Source: Candidatus Zipacnadia bacterium (lineage in GTDB: Bacteria; Armatimonadota; Zipacnadia; Zipacnadales; Zipacnadaceae). Taken from it: DNA of 62,453 nucleotides. Location: the NCBI GenBank assembly GCA_029821195.1, contig JALGTU010000002.1, positions 1-62,453 of the forward strand. Direction: 5' to 3'. Each line of letters begins with the position of its first letter. Within the stretch, counting starts at the first letter, position 1. The notes under the pieces are model-generated. The model was not told where the DNA came from and did not search any database. It saw nothing but the letters and a program-made list of their open reading frames with translations. Below are positions 45,493 to 55,459 of this stretch, piece by piece. The position numbers and the translations under genes were made by a program.

Positions 45493-46380
45493 CTAGCACT
45501 CCCCGCTACCCCTAAACATCTGCCCCGCGAAGTCGTGCGCGGAGAACAGCCGCAAATCCTCCAGCCTCTCCCCTACCCCAATAAGCTTGATCGGTAACCC
45601 CAGCTCCTGCGTGACGCTCAGCATTACCCCGCCCTTGGCCGTGCCGTCGAGCTTGGCAACCAGCAGGCCGGTGACCCCCACTGCCTCGTTGAACTCGCGC
45701 GCCTGGTTGATGGCGTTCTGGCCGGTAGTCGCGTCAATGACGAGCAGCCGCTCGTCAGTAGGCCGCCCAAGCTGGCGCTCGATCACCCGGTCCATCTTAC
45801 GCAGTTCCTCCATCAGATTGCGCTTGGTGTGCAGGCGGCCGGCGGTGTCCACGATGACCAGGTTGTGCCCGCGTGCCTGGGCCGCCTGGATACCATCGAA
45901 GACGACCGCCGCCGGATCCGAGCCGGGCTGCTGGCGGACGATGTCACAACCCACGCGCTCCGCCCAGACGGCGAGCTGCTCGATGGCGGCTGCGCGGAAG
46001 GTATCGCCAGCCACCAGCAGTACCTTATTCCCCGCGGCCTGATACCAGTGGGCGATCTTGGCGATGCAGGTGGTCTTGCCGACGCCGTTGACGCCCAGCA
46101 TCAGGAAGACCGTCGGCGTCTGCTCACCGACGTTAAGAGGCGCCTCGTACGGCTCGAGCATCTCCTCAACCTGGTCAGCCAGTAGCCCCAGCAATTGTTC
46201 GGGCCTAGTGATATGCCGGGACTGGGCCTCTTGGTGAAGCCGCTCGACCATCTGCTCGGCCAGCGGCACGCTGACGTCGCCCTGGATCAGCGCGGCCTCC
46301 AGGTCATCAAGCAGGTCATCATCAATGACAGCGCGGGCCGTGAGCACGGCGCCGACGCGGCGGAATAGTCCCCTGAGCAA
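45493..46380 (-). CDS. ftsY: Signal-recognition-particle receptor FtsY (NG domain only)
   Basis: 295 aa with GVNGVGKTT, DTAGR and TKLDGTAKGG motifs. Confidence 0.92.
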   Translation of the reverse strand: MLRGLFRRVGAVLTARAVIDDDLLDDLEAALIQGDVSVPLAEQMVERLHQEAQSRHITRPEQLLGLLADQVEEMLEPYEAPLNVGEQTPTVFLMLGVNGVGKTTCIAKIAHWYQAAGNKVLLVAGDTFRAAAIEQLAVWAERVGCDIVRQQPGSDPAAVVFDGIQAAQARGHNLVIVDTAGRLHTKRNLMEELRKMDRVIERQLGRPTDERLLVIDATTGQNAINQAREFNEAVGVTGLLVAKLDGTAKGGVMLSVTQELGLPIKLIGVGERLEDLRLFSAHDFAGQMFRGSGEC

Positions 46381-46410
46381 TCGCTTGGTTCCTTTCTAGT
46401 GTGCTGTACC

Positions 46411-46502
46411 GGTAGGACAGGCGTCGCGCCTGTCCACAATCGACGGACGAGACGCCCGTCGTACCGAGCGGCATTGTGGGAGGAACACGCTCCCGCACAA
46501 TG
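46411..46502. repeat. Cluster of three GC-rich hairpins (two of the TACC-tailed REP family)
   Basis: GGTA-GGACAGGCG-tcg-CGCCTGTCC lies at 46411-46435 in reverse orientation. GACGGACG-AGA-CGCCCGTC-GTACC lies at 46442-46465. CATTGTGGGAG-gaacac-GCTCCCGCACAATG lies at 46472-46502. Confidence 0.6.
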
Positions 46503-46526
46503 ATGGGGAGCAAGTCTGCCCCTGGG

Positions 46527-47813
46527 TCAGAGCAGTGCGGCGGCGTTTTCAGCGACCTTCCGGAAGGCCAGGATGTACTCGTCAATGATCTCGGGGCGGT
46601 AGTGCTTGAACCAGGGAACGCCGATTACCCGGTCGCCAACCGCTTCAGTATGCGGCAGGCTGCCCAGCGGCTGGCGGATATCTTCATCCTGGTTGACCAG
46701 GCGGGTAGGCTTGCCGTCACCGTATACGTCCACCTCGTTCATAACCGGGTGCAGGTGCAGCGGCCGGTTAGCCCCAGCGCCTGTGGGACAGCCTTCGGCC
46801 TGGACTGCTTCCACGAACTTGGAGATGTGCAGCCCGCCGATTTCTTCGGGCCGATACAGACCGCGGGGAATGTACCAGCCGCCGCAGTGGCTCCCCGAGC
46901 CTTTGGCCGGGCGATGAGCCTTGAGTCCGGGGGTGCCCTCCAGCCCATCCCAGAAGTAGTTCATCGCTCTCTGTATCTCGTCCAGGCGCGATTGGTAGTG
47001 GCGCAACTGCACGCGGCCCATCGCCGAGGAGAGCTGGTGCATGCGATACTTGTACCCGCCCCAGGGCAGGCCCGATAGCGGGGCCTGCGGGGAGTTCTCA
47101 TCAAGCTCCCTGTGGCGGGCGTAGTGGCCCCAGACAAGCGCCCTTTCAAAGATCTCCTTGTCATTGGTCATCAGCATGCCGCCTTCGCCGATCGCGAACG
47201 CCTTCCCGGACATACACGACATTCCCGTCACGTGACCGATAGTGCCGACCAGACGACCCTTGTAGCGCCCGCCGTGAGCATGCGAGGCGTCCTCGATGAC
47301 CTTTAAACCATGCTTCTCAGCGATGGCCATAATCGGGTCCATATCGCACGGATAACCGGCGTAGTGTACCACCACAATGGCCTTGGTGCGATCAGTGATG
47401 CGGTGTTCAATATCATTGGGGTCAATGCAGATGGTGTCGGGGTCAATGTCGGCGAAGACCATCGTGCCACCCAGAGAGAAGACCGGAAGCGCCGTGGCCC
47501 AGTAGGTCAAGCTGGGACAGATTATCTGATCACCGCGGCCTACACCAACCGCCCACATCGCCGCCTGGAGTGCCGCGGTTCCCGTATTGTGCCCCAGGGC
47601 ATATTTCATCCCGTGCCACTGGGCGTACTCGCGCTCGAACTCTTTGGTGATGTCCGTTCCTGACATCCCACCGGCCCGCAAACACTCCAGCACGGCCGCT
47701 TCGTCTTCCTCGGTGACGATGGGCCAGGTGAAGATATCACCGGGGTCCTGGGTAACAGCCTGCGGCCCGCCCAAAATGGCCAACTGTACGCTTGTGTCTG
47801 TCACTGTGCTCAC
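46527..47813 (-). CDS. DegT/DnrJ/EryC1/StrS-family PLP-dependent aminotransferase
   Basis: 428 aa. It shows the fold-type I sugar aminotransferase pattern (WPIVTEEDEAAVLECL..., EFEREYAQWHG, DASHAHGG, SCMSGKAF). Confidence 0.8.
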   Translation of the reverse strand: MSTVTDTSVQLAILGGPQAVTQDPGDIFTWPIVTEEDEAAVLECLRAGGMSGTDITKEFEREYAQWHGMKYALGHNTGTAALQAAMWAVGVGRGDQIICPSLTYWATALPVFSLGGTMVFADIDPDTICIDPNDIEHRITDRTKAIVVVHYAGYPCDMDPIMAIAEKHGLKVIEDASHAHGGRYKGRLVGTIGHVTGMSCMSGKAFAIGEGGMLMTNDKEIFERALVWGHYARHRELDENSPQAPLSGLPWGGYKYRMHQLSSAMGRVQLRHYQSRLDEIQRAMNYFWDGLEGTPGLKAHRPAKGSGSHCGGWYIPRGLYRPEEIGGLHISKFVEAVQAEGCPTGAGANRPLHLHPVMNEVDVYGDGKPTRLVNQDEDIRQPLGSLPHTEAVGDRVIGVPWFKHYRPEIIDEYILAFRKVAENAAALL

Positions 47814-47875
47814 CTTCCCATAGGATTCGACGTCAACTGCAATAGCGTTCCGTCCGCGGGCCGGCCCCAGATCAC

Positions 47876-50800
47876 TCAGGCCGGTGCAGATTCCACATCG
47901 GGAACCGGCTCCTGAACCCGGTCAGCATTGCTCGCGGCCCAGCGTTCGGCTTCCTTTTGGGCCTCGGCCAGCTCCACAGATATCAACTTCGAGACACCAG
48001 GCTGCTCCATGGTCACACCGTGCAGCGTATCGGCAATCTCCATCGTTTCGGGATTGTGAGTGATAATTATGAACTGCGAATCCTCGGCGAAGTCCATGAG
48101 CAGCTCGCCAAAGCGTTGGGAGTTGGCCGCGTCGAGGGCGGCGTCAATCTCGTCGAGAATGCAAAACGGCGCCGGCTTGACCCGAATCATAGCGAACAGC
48201 AGGGCCAACGCGGTCAGTGCCTTCTCGCCGCCCGACAGCGCCATCAGATTCTGAGAGCGCCGACCGGGCTGCTGGATGATAACCTCCACGCCGCTGTTGA
48301 GCGGGTCCTGGGGATCGGTGAGCTCCAGGCGTGTGCTGCCACCCCCGAATAGCCAGCGGAACAGATCATCAAAAGCCTCGGCAACCTGCCCAAAGCTCTT
48401 TAGGAAGACATCCTTAGCGGTCTCATCAATCTCCGCGATGACTTGCTCGAGGTCATTCCGGGCTTGCTTGAGGTCGTCCACCTGGCTGTTGAGGTAGTTC
48501 TCCCGGTCCCAGAGGCGCTCGCACTCTTCAATGGCACTCACGTTGACGTAGCCCAGCGCCCGGATTTCTTCCTTGAGCTGTTTGGCCTCACGGCGGGACT
48601 GCGTCAGATTGAAATCTTCCGGACGCTGCGCCAGCGCTTGTTCAGGGGTCAGTTCGTAGACTTCTCGGAGCTCTTCAACAAGGTGTTCCAGCTCCGAATC
48701 GTGACGGGTTTCACGCAGTTCCAGCCGATGCAGCCGTTCGGTTTGCTCCTCGCGCAGATCGCCCAGCTTGCGCCGCCCCAGCTCCAACTCGGCCATACTG
48801 TGGCGTAGCTCGGAAACCTGTTGCTGGCAAGCGTCGGCCTGCTCGCGCAAGGTGACCGCCTGCTGCTCGAGCTGAGTGGTTTCGCCTTCGTCCAATTGCA
48901 GCGCCTGCCGAGCCGCTTGCTCAATTTCATCAAGCTGAGCGGACTGCGCCTGGTAGTCGGCAACCTCCTGCTCGGCCCGACTCAACTCCTGCTGCTGCTG
49001 CTGGGCCAGAAGCTGGGTGGAGCGGAACTTTTCCTCTAGCTCGGCAACCTTGACCTGCACTGCGGTGAGCTTTTCGCGCAGCTTTTCGCGGCTCTGATCA
49101 ATGACCTGCTCGGAAGCCAGACCGGATAGTTCACCGTTGAGCTGCTCAAGTTCGTGGAGCAATCCGCGGTGCTGCCGCTGGGTCTCTGCCAATCTGGTAT
49201 CAATGCTCTGGCAACGCTCGCGTACCGCGGCAATCTCCTCCACCAGCTCCTGGTAAGCCGCCTTGGCCGCCCGGAAACGGTCGGCAGTGTGACCAAGCTC
49301 GCCCTCCAGGCCTGTGGCCTGCTTGTCGGCTTCGACGAGCTGGGTCTCCCAGTCATGCACGCTGTCCGCCAGCTCCTGATCTCGGCGTTCCAGCTCCTCC
49401 TCAGTCTCCCACATCCGCGCCAGACAGTCGCGCAGCCCCTGCAAACTCCCCTCCAGTTCCGCCAACTGCCGCTGGCGTTTGAAGGACTGCTGCACTCCCT
49501 CATCCAGGTTTCCTGCAGTGACCTCACCCAGGGGTCCGACTACTTCACCGCTCAGCGTGACCAAGCGCACCGCACCCGTGAGCGTATGGCGGATGCGCGC
49601 CGCCGTCTCGAGATCTTCAACAATCACGACATCGCCGAGCACGTGATCGAGCACGTGCTTCATCTTCTTGGGATACCGGACTAGCGACTCGATCGTTCCC
49701 AGTACGCCCTCGGCGGTACGGCTCACGCCGGCACTGGCACGGGAGGCGAAGCTGGGAGGCGGGACGTTGGTCGCCAGAACCGTAGCCCGGCCTAGCCGGT
49801 TTTCGCGCAAGTATGCTATGCAGCGCCGCGCCTCGTCTTCCGACGCAACCAGAACCCACTGAAGGCGGTCGCCCAATCCGGCTTCCACTGCTGCCTCCAA
49901 ACGCCCGGGGACATCCAGAAGATCAGCCAGCACCCCGACCACGCCGCTCAGTTCGCCCGCCTGCCCCGCGTCCAGCAGCGCGCGTGGCCCCTCCGCATAC
50001 CCCTCGTGCGCCCGCGCCAATTCCCGGAGCAGCGCCTGGCGCGACTCCCCGGCGGCGACGGCCTCAGCCAGCAAATCCCGCTTGCGGCGGTGCTCGCGCA
50101 GCGTTGTGACCAGCGCCGTGTGCTGCACCCGCGCCTCACGCAGCCGCCGGCGAATATCTTCCGTCCCCTGCTGCAGCGCTTCATTCTCCTCCCGCAGTTC
50201 CGCCAGCCGGGTCTGGAGCTGATCACGCTGCTGCTCAAGCTGAGCCTGCTGCTGCGAGAGCCGCTCGATGCGCTCGTCTACTTCAACCTGTAAGCTCTGA
50301 AGCGCCGTCACTTCCCGGTCGGCGGCGGCGGCCTCGCCGGATAGTTCACTGCGCCGGTTATGCAAACTCTCGCGCTGCGCGGTATCCTGGCGGTGCCTGG
50401 CCTCAGACTCCTGATAGGATGTCGCCAGTTCGGTCAGCCGCCGCTTCTCCTTGTCCAGGGCATCCTGATGCCGGGATTGGTTCTGCTCGAGTTTGTGGAG
50501 TGCGTTTTGCGCTTCCTTGCGGCGCTGCTGGGCCTGTTTGAGGCCCTGCTCAAGCTGCTCGCGGCGTTCCCCGACGCTGCGCAGTTTCTCGGCAGCCACC
50601 GCCTGGGCATTGCGACGCCGGTCCCACTCGCGCTCAGCGTCCGCGGCCCGCCGGCGCAGATCGTCAAGCTGATCAGCCAACGCGGTGGCCTGCGTCGAGC
50701 TCTGTTCGTACTCGGCCTCCAGTACACTGATCTGGTTGCGGGTAGCCTGGAGATCGGCCTGGATAACCGCAAGATCGTTGACGATGCCACCGCGTCTCTC

Positions 50801-51514
50801 GCGGCGGGTTTCATACTCAGCGGCGAGCAGATCGCGCTGGATCTGGTGAAGCCGCTCCGCCAGGCCCTTATACTGGCGCGCTATCTCCGCCTGCTTTTCC
50901 AGGGGCTCACGCTGGGCGCGAAGTTCGTAGATGATGTCGCAGACGCGGGTGAGGTTATCCTCGGTGTTGGCCAGCTTGCGCTCGGCCTCGGTGCGGCGAA
51001 TCCGATACTTGCGCACGCCGGCAACTTCCTCAAGCAACTCGCGGCGATCCTCGGGCCGAGCGCTGAGAATCGCATCAATCTCGCCCTGCCCGACCAGCGC
51101 GTACGAGTCGGTTCCCAGGCCGCTGTCCACCAACAAGTCCCGAATATCGCGCAGCCGCACCTGATTGCGATTCAACAGGTACTCGCTCTTGCCCGTGCGA
51201 AACAGCCGCCGAGTAATCTCAATCTGGGAGTATTCCGAGGCCAGAGCGTAATCGGAGTTGTCCAGCGTGAGTACGACTTCAGCCATCCCCAGCGCGCGGC
51301 GGTTCTCGGAGCCGACAAAGATGACGGCTTCTGCGCTCTCGACCCGCAGCACTCGGTGACCCTGCTCACCCAACACCCACAGGACGGCATCAGCAATGTT
51401 GCTCTTGCCTACACCGTTAGGACCGACAATGGCGGTTACACCGGCGCCGAATTCGAGTTGGGTGCTGTCAGCGAAGGTCTTGAACCCTCGCATCTGGAGC
51501 TTTTCTAGCCGCAC
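47876..51514 (-). CDS. smc: Chromosome partition protein SMC
   Basis: 1,212 aa with Walker A GPNGVGKSN, long coiled coils, a hinge, the signature LSGGEKALTALALLFA and Walker B FCILDEIDAALD. Confidence 0.95.
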   Translation of the reverse strand: MRLEKLQMRGFKTFADSTQLEFGAGVTAIVGPNGVGKSNIADAVLWVLGEQGHRVLRVESAEAVIFVGSENRRALGMAEVVLTLDNSDYALASEYSQIEITRRLFRTGKSEYLLNRNQVRLRDIRDLLVDSGLGTDSYALVGQGEIDAILSARPEDRRELLEEVAGVRKYRIRRTEAERKLANTEDNLTRVCDIIYELRAQREPLEKQAEIARQYKGLAERLHQIQRDLLAAEYETRRERRGGIVNDLAVIQADLQATRNQISVLEAEYEQSSTQATALADQLDDLRRRAADAEREWDRRRNAQAVAAEKLRSVGERREQLEQGLKQAQQRRKEAQNALHKLEQNQSRHQDALDKEKRRLTELATSYQESEARHRQDTAQRESLHNRRSELSGEAAAADREVTALQSLQVEVDERIERLSQQQAQLEQQRDQLQTRLAELREENEALQQGTEDIRRRLREARVQHTALVTTLREHRRKRDLLAEAVAAGESRQALLRELARAHEGYAEGPRALLDAGQAGELSGVVGVLADLLDVPGRLEAAVEAGLGDRLQWVLVASEDEARRCIAYLRENRLGRATVLATNVPPPSFASRASAGVSRTAEGVLGTIESLVRYPKKMKHVLDHVLGDVVIVEDLETAARIRHTLTGAVRLVTLSGEVVGPLGEVTAGNLDEGVQQSFKRQRQLAELEGSLQGLRDCLARMWETEEELERRDQELADSVHDWETQLVEADKQATGLEGELGHTADRFRAAKAAYQELVEEIAAVRERCQSIDTRLAETQRQHRGLLHELEQLNGELSGLASEQVIDQSREKLREKLTAVQVKVAELEEKFRSTQLLAQQQQQELSRAEQEVADYQAQSAQLDEIEQAARQALQLDEGETTQLEQQAVTLREQADACQQQVSELRHSMAELELGRRKLGDLREEQTERLHRLELRETRHDSELEHLVEELREVYELTPEQALAQRPEDFNLTQSRREAKQLKEEIRALGYVNVSAIEECERLWDRENYLNSQVDDLKQARNDLEQVIAEIDETAKDVFLKSFGQVAEAFDDLFRWLFGGGSTRLELTDPQDPLNSGVEVIIQQPGRRSQNLMALSGGEKALTALALLFAMIRVKPAPFCILDEIDAALDAANSQRFGELLMDFAEDSQFIIITHNPETMEIADTLHGVTMEQPGVSKLISVELAEAQKEAERWAASNADRVQEPVPDVESAPA

Positions 51515-51537
51515 TTTGCTTCCTCATCTGCTGCAGT

Positions 51538-52638
51538 TCAACGAACCAGGATATCAGGCCGGGCCATCGTCCGGCCCGCATACTCTACCTCCAGCGTCGG
51601 CCACTGCTCATCCACGCTCAGCACCTCAGTCTGGTCCGCTCTTGCTACAATGGTATCTTCTACCTTTGTCCCAGCTATCGAGGGATTCCAGGCAAAAGCC
51701 TGGTTCTCCAGCACCGTCTCCGGGCACGCCATCGTGCCCTTGTAGTCGCGGGGAGCATAACCGGTCGCGCCGCCCTGGTGATGGAGCCGCCACTCCTCGG
51801 GGTATCCGGTAGCCTCGTACGCCGCAATACCCTTACGGAAGATATCCCGCACCGCCGCGCCCGGCACCGTCTCGGCGAGGAAGGTCGCGTCCACCTGGCA
51901 GACCGCCCGGTGCTTGTCTATCAACTCATCGTCCAGAGGGCCAAAGTGGACCAAGCGCGTGGCCGATATGTCCAGCCCCCACTTGCGTGCGCCGATGACC
52001 AGCATGGCCTTCTGTTCCAGCCGCTTGTCGGTGGGAAGGGGATGGCGGTACTTCGCCACCCGCTCGTCCGCCGCAATCAGCAGCACCGAGACCACTACAT
52101 TCTGCGCGATGAGCTTGGCCGCCAGGTGCGCACCGATCTCGTGCTCGGTCATGCCCGGCTCAATCTCGCCGGCAGTTTCGGTCAACGCGCGAGCGGTAAT
52201 CGCGCCTAGCTCGCGGTAGCGCTCCACCTCAGGCTCCAGGAGACTCCAGCGCAGCCGGGCGAGCTGCTCGCCCATCGCCCGCGCACCGCCCGGCCAGGTG
52301 GCATCGGTGGCAATCTCGCCGCTTACGATGTGGTCCAACATCGCCTCACGGTTCTCCTCGTGCCAGTTCATAAAGTGAATTTCAAAGGGCAACTCCCCAA
52401 TCTCTTCATCTTCCTGGCGGGCCGCTTCGATGTTGTTGGTAATGATGTGCTGACCATCGTGGGTAACTACCAGCACGGCCACGCCACCATCACTATCAAT
52501 GACGACGTGGTTGTCTCCTCCGCCGGTCAGCCACTGATAGTTGATCTTGTTATTGAAGACCACGGCATCGAGCTCCTGCTTAGACATAAAGCCGCGAACT
52601 CGTTCCAGTTTAGCCTGGACTTCTTCCTGGCGTTTCAT
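51538..52638 (-). CDS. M24-family metallopeptidase (creatinase/prolidase fold)
   Basis: ATG at 52638 gives MKRQEEVQAKLERVRGFM... A creatinase-N-like domain is followed by a pita-bread C-domain (GMTEHEIGAHL, HHQGGATGY, GTKVEDTI). The 36-aa extension in the track ORF is not supported. Confidence 0.6.
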   Translation of the reverse strand: MKRQEEVQAKLERVRGFMSKQELDAVVFNNKINYQWLTGGGDNHVVIDSDGGVAVLVVTHDGQHIITNNIEAARQEDEEIGELPFEIHFMNWHEENREAMLDHIVSGEIATDATWPGGARAMGEQLARLRWSLLEPEVERYRELGAITARALTETAGEIEPGMTEHEIGAHLAAKLIAQNVVVSVLLIAADERVAKYRHPLPTDKRLEQKAMLVIGARKWGLDISATRLVHFGPLDDELIDKHRAVCQVDATFLAETVPGAAVRDIFRKGIAAYEATGYPEEWRLHHQGGATGYAPRDYKGTMACPETVLENQAFAWNPSIAGTKVEDTIVARADQTEVLSVDEQWPTLEVEYAGRTMARPDILVR

Positions 52639-52807
52639 CACTAACCACTTCCTCATTGCAGGTGGAGGGCAACACGTCGTCGCTGCAGCGATGGGCACGA
52701 AACAGAGCTTGCCACTGGCCTTTGCTATGCGGATTATAGCAGTCACTAAGCCTGATTGTCAAACTCCACGGCAAATGTACCCTTAGGAACGTATGTTCCA
52801 CAACTTA

Positions 52808-52836
52808 TTGCCTTTTTCGAGGGCCTGTGGTACAAT
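52808..52836 (+). promoter_or_regulatory. Strong sigma70-type promoter upstream of the MreB-like gene
   Basis: TTGCCT (52808-52813), a 17-nt spacer ending in TGG (extended -10), then TACAAT (52831-52836). It lies inside the long track ORF 52756..53961, which argues for the downstream ATG at 52924. Confidence 0.5.
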
Positions 52837-52923
52837 TTGTCGCACAGTCCAACATGTAAGAATCACTACGCAGCCCAGCGTTCACCCGACGTGGATGACG
52901 CTATCTACCTCAGACCCAGCGAA

Positions 52924-53961
52924 ATGCCTATACTCCCCTGGACGGAACAACTTGCTATTGACCTGGGCAGCGCCTGGGTCCACATCGTCGCGAAAGGCGA
53001 AGGGGTCGTATTGCGCGAGCCCAGCTTCGTGGCGTTCGAAGACCGCCGACATAAGCCGGTGGCGGTCGGTGTGGAGGCCCGCCGGCTCTGGGAACGCGGG
53101 GTGGACGAGCTGGAGATAGTTCGACCCGTGCAGGGGGGCGTGGTTGCCGACTTCGATGCCGCCGTGGCGATGCTACGCCAGTTCATTCGCCGCGCCCTGG
53201 GCCACCGCCCCCTGCTGTCGCCGCTGGTAGTGGTGGCGACCCCAGCGGGCGCCACGCAGGTCGAAGAACGGGCCCTACATAATGCACTGATCGCTGCGGG
53301 CGCCGGCCACATAGTCAATGTCCAGCGCCCCCTGGCCGTCGGCCTGGGGTCTGGGCTGCCCATGCAGTCCGACGACAGCTACCTGCTGGTTGACATCGGG
53401 GCCGGCTGCACCGACGTCGGCGTCTTCCACCACGGACTGGTGACCTCTATCCGTTCATTTCGCTTCGGCGGCGACGACCTGGACGAGGCGATAATCCGCA
53501 CCGTCAAGCGCCAGCGCGGCATCCGCATCGGATATCCAGGCGCCGAGAGCCTCAAGCGCGAAGCCGGCTCAGTCGAAACAGCCCTGCACAATGGCCCGGT
53601 GCATGTAGATGACGTGGTGATGGTCGAGAACGAGCAGCACGTCGAGTCGTACGAGATCGAAGTGGACGAGGTCCCGCAAATCCTGACGAAGGCCTTCGCG
53701 CAACTCATTAGCGAGTTAAACTGGCTGATCGAGGAGCTCCCCCGCGCGCAGAAGCAACAGGTCGCCGGCGGCGGCATCGTCCTGAGCGGAGGCACTGCGC
53801 TATTGGAGGGGCTCGACCAGCTCCTGGGGTCGTCCCTGCATCTGCCCTGTATAGTCGCCACCGACCCGATTTCCTGCACCATCCTGGGCCTGGAGGCCGT
53901 GCTGTCCGATATCGAAGCCCTCTCGCTGGGCGGCCAGCGCTTCGGCGCGGTGAGAGTCTAG
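52924..53961 (+). CDS. mreB: Actin-like rod-shape protein, divergent MreB homologue
   Basis: 345 aa. AIDLGSAW (phosphate 1), RPVQGGVVADFD, VDIGAGCTDV (phosphate 2), GGDDLDEAI and VLSGGTALLEGLD match the order of the MreB/ASKHA motifs, but each motif is divergent. Confidence 0.65.
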   Translation: MPILPWTEQLAIDLGSAWVHIVAKGEGVVLREPSFVAFEDRRHKPVAVGVEARRLWERGVDELEIVRPVQGGVVADFDAAVAMLRQFIRRALGHRPLLSPLVVVATPAGATQVEERALHNALIAAGAGHIVNVQRPLAVGLGSGLPMQSDDSYLLVDIGAGCTDVGVFHHGLVTSIRSFRFGGDDLDEAIIRTVKRQRGIRIGYPGAESLKREAGSVETALHNGPVHVDDVVMVENEQHVESYEIEVDEVPQILTKAFAQLISELNWLIEELPRAQKQQVAGGGIVLSGGTALLEGLDQLLGSSLHLPCIVATDPISCTILGLEAVLSDIEALSLGGQRFGAVRV

Positions 53962-53981
53962 CCGGGCAAACGAATTAAGGA

Positions 53982-54332
53982 GTGTCGGCAATGAGTTGCA
54001 TATTCTGCCAGATCGCGGCAGGTGAGATTGACAGCGACATCGTTTACCAGGATCACCAAGTCGTTGCCTTCCGGGATCTCAATCCGCAGGCTCCCGTTCA
54101 CATTTTGATTATTCCGAGGGAGCACATTTCTAATCTGGATCAAGCCTCAGCGGAGAACGCTGATCTGCTGGGCCACTGCGCGTTAGTCGCTGCGGAAATC
54201 GCCCGGGCCGAGGGCTTGGCCGAAAGCGGTTACCGCCTTGTGACGAACGTGGGACCGGATGCTGGGCAGAGCGTGGATCATATGCATTTCCATCTGCTGG
54301 GCGGGCGGCGGATGCAGTGGCCGCCAGGATAG
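53982..54332 (+). CDS. HIT-family nucleotide hydrolase/transferase
   Basis: 116 aa with CIFCQI and the histidine triad HMHFHLLGG. The start is GTG at 53982 or ATG at 53991. Confidence 0.88.
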   Translation: MSAMSCIFCQIAAGEIDSDIVYQDHQVVAFRDLNPQAPVHILIIPREHISNLDQASAENADLLGHCALVAAEIARAEGLAESGYRLVTNVGPDAGQSVDHMHFHLLGGRRMQWPPG

Positions 54333-54533
54333 CTCCACCAATTCGTTCATGAGCCGCTTACCATCATTCAGCGTAGCAGCAATACTCTTGTACCGACTAG
54401 TATTCCGACATCGCCTGAGGAGGAGTCCCTTACGAACTCCGAGAGTACCAAGACAGAAAACAAGTCACCCGCCCAGCTGCTGACGTATGACGATCGCGAA
54501 CTGGAACTCCTGGTTGGAGCTCATGACCAGAAC

Positions 54534-55439
54534 TTGAAGCTGATCGAGGAACAGCTCGGTGTCCAGATCGTCCCCCGGGACGACCAGCTTCAGATATTCG
54601 GCGAGGAGGCCGCAGCGGAGGATGCCGTCGAATTGCTCAAACGACTGCTGACGATCATCCGCCGTCGCCAGAGCCTCAGCGAGCAGGACATCAAGTACGC
54701 TCTTCGGGCGGTGCAGCGCGAGGCCGCCGATGATGCCGATGCGCTGCTATCCGAGGCGCTGCTGGTTACGCCGCGGGGTAAGCCGATCCGGCCCAAGACC
54801 GCCGGGCAGGTGGAATACGTACAGGCCGTGGCAGACAACGACGTGGTCTTCTGTATCGGACCCGCCGGCACCGGCAAGACCTACCTGGCCATGGCCCTGG
54901 CGGTCAGCGCGATGAAAGAGAGCCGGGTCAGCCGGATTGTGCTGACGCGCCCGATTGTCCAAGCCGGGGAGGAACTGGGCTTTCTGCCCGGCGATATTAT
55001 GGACAAGGTTGACCCCTACCTGCGCCCGGTCTATGACGCGCTGATCTATGTCATGGGCGCGGACCGGCTCCAGCGACACCTGCGACGGGGAACGATTGAA
55101 GTCGCGCCGCTGGCCTACATGCGCGGGCGGACCCTTGACGATGCCTTCATCGTGCTGGACGAGGCCCAGAACACCTCCATTGGCCAGATGAAGATGGCGT
55201 TGACGCGCATGGGCCTGGGCTCCAAAATGATTATCACCGGCGACATCACCCAAGTTGATTTGCCTCAGTCGGCTCAGCCCGGTTTGGTGCACGCTATCGA
55301 GGTGCTCGGTGCAGTGCCGGGTATCGCCGTGTGCCGGCTCACCGGCAACGATATCGTCCGCCATGACCTGGTGCAGCGCATCGTCAGAGCCTACGAACAG
55401 GAAAGCTCACAACCTGAGCCGCCCGTCGAGGAGCAGTAG
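54534..55439 (+). CDS. phoH: PhoH-family ATPase (start probably upstream of the annotated TTG)
   Basis: Walker A GPAGTGKTYLA plus LGFLPGD, EIAPLAYMRGRTL and VLDEAQN motifs. The same frame stays open back to 54333 and encodes ...LLTYDDRELELLVGAHDQN, which looks like the conserved PhoH N-terminus. Confidence 0.85.
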   Translation: MKLIEEQLGVQIVPRDDQLQIFGEEAAAEDAVELLKRLLTIIRRRQSLSEQDIKYALRAVQREAADDADALLSEALLVTPRGKPIRPKTAGQVEYVQAVADNDVVFCIGPAGTGKTYLAMALAVSAMKESRVSRIVLTRPIVQAGEELGFLPGDIMDKVDPYLRPVYDALIYVMGADRLQRHLRRGTIEVAPLAYMRGRTLDDAFIVLDEAQNTSIGQMKMALTRMGLGSKMIITGDITQVDLPQSAQPGLVHAIEVLGAVPGIAVCRLTGNDIVRHDLVQRIVRAYEQESSQPEPPVEEQ

Positions 55440-55459
55440 AGCACCGAGCATAGCGCTAT

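Noticed and set aside
45493-51514. The DegT-type aminotransferase sitting between smc and ftsY considered as an inserted island.
   Set aside because: It is a single gene with the same orientation and composition as its neighbours, with no mobile-element signatures at its borders. It is probably ordinary lineage-specific synteny.
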